Assembly (NCBI GenBank): GCA_017532825.1
Contig: JAFXIT010000031.1
Location: forward strand, 6,613 to 70,612
From: Clostridia bacterium
Lineage (GTDB): Bacteria; Bacillota; Clostridia; Oscillospirales; QAMX01
Length of the DNA: 64,000 nucleotides
Reading direction: 5' to 3'
Both the position numbers and the translations under genes were made by a program. Under the pieces are notes generated by a model that did not search any database, had not been told where the DNA came from, and was given only the letters and a program-made list of their open reading frames with translations. Shown piece after piece: positions 58,492-64,000 of this stretch; the first letter of the stretch is position 1, and each line of letters begins with the position of its first letter.

Positions 58492-58518
58492 TCCCGATAG
58501 CAACCATCCCGATAGCAA
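58492..58518. repeat. Two exact TCCCGATAGCAA 12-mers separated by 3 nt in the rpsD-rpoA spacer
   Basis: Copies at 58492-58503 and 58507-58518; a related CCCCGATGCG lies just upstream. Confidence 0.85.
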
Positions 58519-58548
58519 GAATCGCAATATGATGAAGTGGAGGGTATT

Positions 58549-59499
58549 ATGTCTGAATTCATAACGCCGACAATCGAAATAGCCGAGATCCGTGACAACG
58601 GTGCCTACGGCAAATTTGTCGTTGAGCCTCTGCAGAGGGGCTACGGGACCACGCTTGGTAACTCCATGAGAAGGGTTTTGCTGTCCTCCCTTGAGGGCAG
58701 TGCGATAACTGCGGTCAAGATCGCCGGTGTGCAGCATGAGTTTTCGACAGTTCCCGGAGTTAAGGAGGACGTCACCCAGATAGTCCTCAACCTCAAGGCT
58801 GTCATTGCCAAGATGCACTGCCCCGGCCCCAAGGTCCTCTACGTAGAGGCCAACGGTAAGACCGAGATCACCGCCGGCGACATCATCGGCGACAGCGACG
58901 TGGAGATCCTCAATCCCGAGCTCCACATCGCCTACCTGGCCGACGACGCCCGTCTTTCCATGGAACTCACCTTCGGCAGAGGAATGGGCTACGTTCCTGC
59001 CGAGAAGAATAAGCCGTCCCAGACGATAATCGGGCTTATTCCGATAGATTCGATATATACACCGGTCCTTAAGGTCAACTACACCGTCGAGAACACCCGC
59101 GTTGGCGACAGCGTCGACAACGACAAGCTGACTCTCGAGGTCTGGACCAACAAGACCATTTCCGCGACCGACGCGGTATCCCGCTCGGCTCGCATCCTCT
59201 CGGAGCACCTGCTGCTGTTCGTCGGACTTTCCGAGGACGTCAATTCGGGTCTTTCGATGATGGATAAACCCAACGAGGGCAAGAGTGCCCAACTCGAGAT
59301 GACGATAGAAGAACTTGATCTCTCCGTCCGCTCCTTCAACTGCCTTAAGCGTGCCGGCATCAACACCGTTGAGGACCTGGTCAACCGCAGTGAGGAAGAG
59401 ATGATGAAGGTCAGGAACCTTGGCAGAAAGTCCCTTGAGGAAGTTATCCACAAGCTGGACGCCATGGGTCTTTCGCTCAAGCGCGAGGTCGAGAACTGA
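58549..59499 (+). CDS. rpoA: DNA-directed RNA polymerase subunit alpha
   Basis: ATG 58549 follows [23 protein letters not shown]; C-terminal domain with [17 protein letters not shown]. Confidence 0.97.
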   Translation: MSEFITPTIEIAEIRDNGAYGKFVVEPLQRGYGTTLGNSMRRVLLSSLEGSAITAVKIAGVQHEFSTVPGVKEDVTQIVLNLKAVIAKMHCPGPKVLYVEANGKTEITAGDIIGDSDVEILNPELHIAYLADDARLSMELTFGRGMGYVPAEKNKPSQTIIGLIPIDSIYTPVLKVNYTVENTRVGDSVDNDKLTLEVWTNKTISATDAVSRSARILSEHLLLFVGLSEDVNSGLSMMDKPNEGKSAQLEMTIEELDLSVRSFNCLKRAGINTVEDLVNRSEEEMMKVRNLGRKSLEEVIHKLDAMGLSLKREVEN

Positions 59500-59517
59500 T
59501 AAAGGAGGAAACTTACA

Positions 59518-59859
59518 ATGCCCGGAACCCGCAAGCTCGGCAGACCTACCGATTCGCGTAAAGCAATGCTCCGCGCGATGGTCACCTATCTGCTTGAAAA
59601 CGGTAGAATAGAAACCACTGTTACCAGAGCCAAGGAGGTACGTCCCCTCGCCGAACATATGATAACCCTCGGCAAGGAGAACACTCTTCATTCCAAGCGC
59701 CAGGCGATGAGCTTCATCACCAAGGAAGACGTCACCTACAAGCTCTTCAATGAGATCGCCCCCAAGTACGCTTCCCGTAACGGCGGTTACACCCGCATCA
59801 CCCGTACCGGCCCCCGCCGCGGCGACGCCGCCGAGATGGCCGTTATCGAACTTATCTGA
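59518..59859 (+). CDS. rplQ: 50S ribosomal protein L17
   Basis: [20 protein letters not shown]. Confidence 0.97.
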   Translation: MPGTRKLGRPTDSRKAMLRAMVTYLLENGRIETTVTRAKEVRPLAEHMITLGKENTLHSKRQAMSFITKEDVTYKLFNEIAPKYASRNGGYTRITRTGPRRGDAAEMAVIELI

Positions 59860-59879
59860 ATATAACCCGAAGGGTACAG

Positions 59880-59916
59880 ATGACCGGGGCGGAGGATATT
59901 CGCCTCGGTCATTTAC
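59880..59916 (+). terminator. Terminator of the alpha operon
   Basis: ATGACCGGGGCG-gaggatatt-CGCCTCGGTCAT followed by TT. Confidence 0.65.
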
Positions 59917-59957
59917 TATCCGTTATGTAAATTTACGAAAAAATCGCATTTTAGGGG

Positions 59958-59986
59958 TTGACAAATCCCCTGCAGTGTGATATACT
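59958..59986 (+). promoter_or_regulatory. Promoter of infC-rpmI-rplT
   Basis: TTGACA, 17 nt, TATACT. Confidence 0.7.
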
Positions 59987-59992
59987 ACCAAG

Positions 59993-60107
59993 GCTTACAA
60001 GGAAGAAGGCGCAAGTCGCCTCACCCCGCGCATCAGTTAGCGGCGGTCAATAACGGTTTTGCTGTTATGACGGGCGGGGTATGTATGCATATCCCGTCTT
60101 TTTATAT
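59993..60107 (+). promoter_or_regulatory. L20-leader-like attenuator upstream of infC
   Basis: Position matches the Firmicutes L20 leader. Terminator hairpin GACGGG...CCCGTC plus TTTTT at 60069-60103. Upstream CCCCGC can pair with GCGGGG of the terminator 5' arm (an antiterminator). Confidence 0.5.
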
Positions 60108-60126
60108 CTTTGTGGAGGTGTTACCC

Positions 60127-60645
60127 ATCCCGAAAAACGAGCATATGATCAACGAAGAGATCCGTGATAAGGAAGTACGCCTGATCGACGAAAACGGCGA
60201 ACAGCGCGGAATAATGTCGGCCTCCGAGGCCTATGATCTCGCAGTTGAAGCAGGGCTGGATCTTGTCAAGATCGCTCCCAACGCAGTACCGCCGGTCTGT
60301 CGGATAATGGACTACGGCAAGTTCAAGTTTGAACAGGCCAAGAAGCAAAAGGAAGCACGTAAGAATCAGAACGTCGTCGACATCAAGGAAGTCAAGCTTT
60401 CGGTCGGCATAGGCGACCACGACTATGATTTCAAGCTTCGTGCGGCTATAAAATTTCTTTCCGACGGTGACAAGGTCAAGGCCTCGATCCGTTTCCGCGG
60501 CAGAGAGATGGCACATACCGAGCTCGGCAGCGAGCTGCTGATGAAGTTTGCCGAAGACTGCGGAGAGGTCGGCTCGGTCGAGAAGGCCCCCAAGCTCGAG
60601 GGAAGGTCGGTCAGCCTGATGATCGCACCCAAGCCCGCAAAGTAA
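60127..60645 (+). CDS. infC: Translation initiation factor IF-3 (proposed non-canonical ATC start; alternative ATG at 60145)
   Basis: INEEIRDKEVRLIDENGEQ...PPVCRIMDYGKFKFEQ. GGAGG at 60114-60118 lies 8 nt before the in-frame ATC 60127. ATG 60145 has no SD. Confidence 0.85.
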   Translation: MPKNEHMINEEIRDKEVRLIDENGEQRGIMSASEAYDLAVEAGLDLVKIAPNAVPPVCRIMDYGKFKFEQAKKQKEARKNQNVVDIKEVKLSVGIGDHDYDFKLRAAIKFLSDGDKVKASIRFRGREMAHTELGSELLMKFAEDCGEVGSVEKAPKLEGRSVSLMIAPKPAK

Positions 60646-60724
60646 CCCCGTAAAAACGCCGTAGGCCGACAGTAAACGTCGGCGGCTTAGTGTTTTGTTT
60701 AATATTGAAAGGAGATACCCCGAT

Positions 60725-60922
60725 ATGCCTAAGATGAAGACCCATACCGGCGCCAAAAAGAGATTCTCTTTTACCAAGGGCGGCAAGGTAAAGATCAATC
60801 ACTCTCTTAAGAACCACTTCCTGGCCCACAAGACCACCAAGCGCAAGAGAAACCTCCGCAAGCGCGGCTACGCTGACGCCACCAACGAGGCGGCCGTCAA
60901 GAGACTCATGCCCTACGCATAA
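60725..60922 (+). CDS. rpmI: 50S ribosomal protein L35
   Basis: ATG 60725 follows AAAGGAGA; MPKMKTHTGAKKRF. Confidence 0.97.
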   Translation: MPKMKTHTGAKKRFSFTKGGKVKINHSLKNHFLAHKTTKRKRNLRKRGYADATNEAAVKRLMPYA

Positions 60923-60949
60923 GCTTAAGAGAAAGGACGAAAAGGTAAA

Positions 60950-61303
60950 ATGGCAAGAATCAAAGGCGCGATGATGACGCGCAAGAGAAGAAATAAGACC
61001 CTCAAGCTCGCCAAGGGCTACTGGGGCGCTAAGTCCAAGCACTTCAAGATGGCCAATGAGCAGGTCATGAAGTCCCTCAAGTACGCTTACGTAGGCCGCC
61101 GCCTCAAGAAGCGTGACTTCCGCAGCCTGTGGATCACCCGTATTTCCGCCGCCTGCAAGCTCAACGGCATCAACTACTCCAAGTTCATGAACGGTCTCAA
61201 GAAGGCCGGCATCACCCTTAACCGCAAGGTCCTCGCCGAGATGGCCCACAACGATCCTGCAGCCTTCACCGCAGTCGTCGAAGCCGCCAAGGCCGCTCTG
61301 TAA
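60950..61303 (+). CDS. rplT: 50S ribosomal protein L20
   Basis: [26 protein letters not shown]. Confidence 0.97.
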   Translation: MARIKGAMMTRKRRNKTLKLAKGYWGAKSKHFKMANEQVMKSLKYAYVGRRLKKRDFRSLWITRISAACKLNGINYSKFMNGLKKAGITLNRKVLAEMAHNDPAAFTAVVEAAKAAL

Positions 61304-61311
61304 ATCGACTT

Positions 61312-61344
61312 AAAAACATCTGTGCCTGTCACAGATGTTTTTTT
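61312..61344 (+). terminator. Rho-independent terminator after rplT
   Basis: AAACATCTGTG-cctgt-CACAGATGTTT followed by TTTT. Confidence 0.85.
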
Positions 61345-61414
61345 GTTGCGGCAAAACAGAACGTGTGGTATAATAAGACAGTATCACAAAACAATGTAAA
61401 AAGGGGTGAGACGG

Positions 61415-63373
61415 TTGAAAAAAAGAATTTTTGCGGTAATACTTGCTGCCCTGATGCTGCTTTCCGCCTGCGGAGGCAGCGGAGTCGTACTTACCGAGTA
61501 GACCACCGCCGATACTACCGCCGACACGACGGCGGGCTCTGCATCGAGCGAACAGACCACCGTCCAACAAACGACACAACCCTCGGAGGTGAAGCCGGTG
61601 AACTACCCCGTATATACCCCGGAAGATTCTAATATGTATACCGTTACCATCCCCGACGGTGCCGACAGCGGCGAGAAGGGAGAGCTTTTCTACGTCGAGA
61701 TGTCCTCGCTGTTAGCAGGACTTTCCTCGGCCGATGCCTACGACCTGGCGACCCTCGTCGCCTGCATGCAGGGACTGCTCAACCGTGACGGCCCGAGGAT
61801 GTTTGTAAACTACTTTGAGTACGATACCTTCTGGTTTAACTTCCTCCGCTTCGAACCCGAGCAGCTGCTCTACGGCTACCGCCTGCGTCGGATAGGCAAC
61901 TACACGGAGCTTCTTGAGCTCTGCGGAGATTTTATAAAGGGGCAGGGACTTGTACTTTGGGACCCCGAGGTACCTGCCACGATCAATGCGGCGACCACCG
62001 TCTGCGGCGTGGACGGCTACCTGCCTGTACGAAACAAGGGTGCGGTACACGACGTTCTTTTGGCATTTGGCGCCGAGGTCAAGCTGGATATGAGCGGAAT
62101 GTTTGACGGCTCGGTGAGCGGCTCGAAGAAGTGCGACGTCTACCTCTGGACGATAGAAAACTATATGGACCGTACCAATCCCCACCACATGGGCTACATC
62201 CTCGACGGCGACAGCTGGTCGGCAGAGGAGGGGTACTATCCCGACCTCAATAACGCCTTTGTTTTCAACCGAGACTACCTCGTGGCAGAAAGCTGCTTTG
62301 TCTTTGACCTCTCGCCCTGGGGCGACGAGCTTCCCTGCGACGATCCCGACCAACCCCTCGGCACCGACCTTGACACCTTCCTCAAGATCATGCAGGCAAG
62401 CTACGAAAACCGTGAGGGAAAGGGCATCTGCCAGGTCCACGGCTTTACCCCCTGGCATATAAAATACACCGTATACGGCGGCAAGGGCAGCCACGGCGAG
62501 GTCGAGACCGAATGGCGGCACGCCGAGATACTTTCTCGGTACGACTGCGTTATGGATGCCGACGCCGCAGGCTACTGCGGTCTGTCAAACTGCTCGCTCT
62601 ACCGCCTCTACCCCCTCAAGGAGAGCTATCAAAACTCCGATGCCCCCGGCTACACCTTTGAAAACGGCAAGGCCTACGTCTTTTTGTACATGGGCGACTA
62701 CGACGCCGCCGCATGGACGACGAGATTCGTGCCCCAGTGGTTTACCGACCCCGCACGGGGAAGCGTACCGCTGTCCTGGGCCTTCAATCCAAACCTCTCG
62801 GAGCGCATACCGATGGTCTTTGACTACATCTACCGCTTCAAAACGCCAAACGACTACTTCATCGGCGGCGACTCGGGAGCGGGGTATCTCAACCCCACCG
62901 GTCTTTTTGAGCCGAGGACCATCTCGGGCCTTCCCTCGGGGGTCGAAAACTTCACCGAGTTCTGCAGATACTACTATGACCGCTTTGACATAAGCATGAC
63001 AGGCTTTGTCATCGACGGGACGACCTCGTCCCCCGAGAGCACCATTGAAATGTACTCTCGATTCTCTCCCGACGGTACGGTGTTTTTAAACGTCGTCGGA
63101 AAAGGCGGCAAGGGCGAGGTTGGCGGAATGTACTACAAAAGGATGAATATGGACATCGGCTCTATCGGTATCACAGCCCAAGAGCTTGCGGAGAAGATAA
63201 TCTACGATGCACATCCGAGGAAAAATTCCGAATTTTTCGCCTACCGCACCATTCTCCTCTCCCCATCGGTGATAGCCGAGGCAATCGAGATAGTCAAAAA
63301 CACCGACCCCAACATCGTCTTTGTCGACGGATATACCTTCTTTGATCTGATGGAACAAAAGGATAAGCAGTAA
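61415..63373 (+). pseudogene. GxGYxYP-family (putative glycoside-hydrolase-like) lipoprotein gene interrupted by an in-frame TAG at 61499-61501
   Basis: TTG 61415, after GGGGTGAG, gives MKKRIFAVILAALMLLSACGGSGVVLTE. TAG follows, then the same frame continues TTADTTADTTAGSASSEQTT... into the 594-aa ORF. GGDSGAGYLNP matches the GxGYxYP motif. Confidence 0.65.
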
Positions 63374-63386
63374 GGGAGAAAAGAAA

Positions 63387-63686
63387 ATGGTAAAGCACAT
63401 TGTTTTGTGGGACCTCAGAGAGGACCTTACCAAGCAAGAACAGCTCGAAGCCATGGAGGGCATCAAGAGCCGTCTTGAAGCACTCGTGGGAAAGATAGAT
63501 GGACTTCTCGATGCGAAGGTCTACTTTGACATGATAGACACCTGCAACAGCCGCATCGTCCTTGACAGCACCCTTGAAAGCGAGGAAGCCCTCCGAGGCT
63601 ACATCGTCCACCCCGAGCACAAGCTCGCAGGGACCTACGTCAAAAGCAAGGTCGCAAACAAGCGCTCGGCGGATTTCTTTATCTGA
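63387..63686 (+). CDS. Dabb (stress-responsive alpha/beta-barrel) family protein
   Basis: 99 aa; MVKHIVLWDL...YIVHPEHK. Confidence 0.85.
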   Translation: MVKHIVLWDLREDLTKQEQLEAMEGIKSRLEALVGKIDGLLDAKVYFDMIDTCNSRIVLDSTLESEEALRGYIVHPEHKLAGTYVKSKVANKRSADFFI

Positions 63687-63692
63687 ATAACC

Positions 63693-63730
63693 TATCGGCG
63701 TCACCTATGTGGCGCCGATACTTGTATTTT
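63693..63730 (+). terminator. Weak hairpin terminator after the Dabb gene
   Basis: TATCGGCG-12 nt-CGCCGATA, then CTTGTATTTT. Confidence 0.45.
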
Positions 63731-63779
63731 CCGCCGCAGCGTGATACAATATAAACACAATGCTGTGGGAAGTGTTTTT

Positions 63780-64000
63780 TTGAGCAAAAAGGTAAGAAAC
63801 GGTGTCGCCGCAGGTGCTACCGTACTCATAGCCGCAAACTTCATAGTTAAGATAATCGGAGTGGTATACAAGATACCCCTTGCAAACATCCTCGGCTCGG
63901 AGGGCATGGGATATCTTTCCTCGGCCTACGAGGTATACCAGCTCCTTCTTTCGATATTCACCTCGGGCGGCACCTTGGCCATCTCCAAGCTCATCGCCGA
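63780..64000 (+). CDS. MOP-superfamily polysaccharide/lipid II flippase-like protein (SpoVB/MurJ-like), N-terminal part; 3' end outside window
   Basis: TTG start. MSKKVRNGVAAGATVLIAANFIVKIIGVVYKIPLANILGSEGMGYLSSAYEVYQLLL resembles SpoVB/MurJ N-termini. Confidence 0.6.
   Translation, partial: MSKKVRNGVAAGATVLIAANFIVKIIGVVYKIPLANILGSEGMGYLSSAYEVYQLLLSIFTSGGTLAISKLIA

Noticed and set aside
44624-59691. Antisense ORFs across the ribosomal protein cluster (for example 44624-45526 -, 49320-50585 -, 52379-53449 -, 53962-54999 -, 57835-59691 -)
   Set aside because: They lie opposite universally conserved r-protein, secY and rpoA genes, and are artefacts of codon bias.
59977-60126. Upstream extension of the infC ORF (track start 59977)
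   Set aside because: The extension covers the -10 box, the leader helices and the attenuator terminator, and its translation has no IF3 similarity.
61499-61501. TAG decoded as pyrrolysine
   Set aside because: No pyl genes or methylamine methyltransferase context appear in the window. TAG is used as an ordinary stop by other genes here (for example rpsJ, rplC and rplB). The position lies in a low-complexity linker, not a conserved catalytic site.
1-64000. CRISPR arrays, tRNA/rRNA genes, transposases, integrases, and defence or toxin-antitoxin modules
   Set aside because: Intergenic regions are short and each is accounted for by promoters, terminators or leaders. No spaced-repeat arrays, tRNA T-arm motifs or mobile-element or defence protein signatures were seen in any frame.

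Overview
High-GC Firmicutes (Clostridia-like) chromosomal core, judged from gene content and order; this taxonomic call is inference. All function calls rest on motifs read by eye, with no database search. Left to right: the 3' end of a P2-type ATPase; a small AT-rich islet with an orphan XRE HTH gene; a purine permease; the minus-strand ffs(SRP RNA)-dnaX-ybaB-recR-HAD cluster; GTP-dependent PEPCK; rsmA; several lipoprotein or surface-protein genes of unknown function; birA; a PrsA-like PPIase; PiT plus DUF47; a tight nahK-like/rlmB/ATPase-like/proS operon; an EF-G2 paralogue; yceD-rpmF-DUF512-der-plsY; nagA. The complete S10-spc-alpha ribosomal cluster follows (rpsJ to rplQ, 44.6-59.9 kb, including secY, adk, map, infA and rpmJ), then infC-rpmI-rplT and a GxGYxYP-family gene. 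I saw no tRNA or rRNA genes, CRISPR arrays, transposases, integrases or recognisable defence genes, so I cannot support a novel multi-gene system here. The best leads are listed below. (1) A P1B-ATPase-derived membrane protein has apparently lost every catalytic motif. (2) A uORF/antiterminator/terminator leader sits in front of a small lipoprotein gene. (3) An unusually long (~450 nt), heavily structured leader precedes rpsJ. (4) Two glycan-related genes each carry an early in-frame stop codon. (5) An ENPP-like enzyme appears circularly permuted. (6) Two co-transcribed giant surface proteins (761 and 1074 aa) have no recognisable domains.
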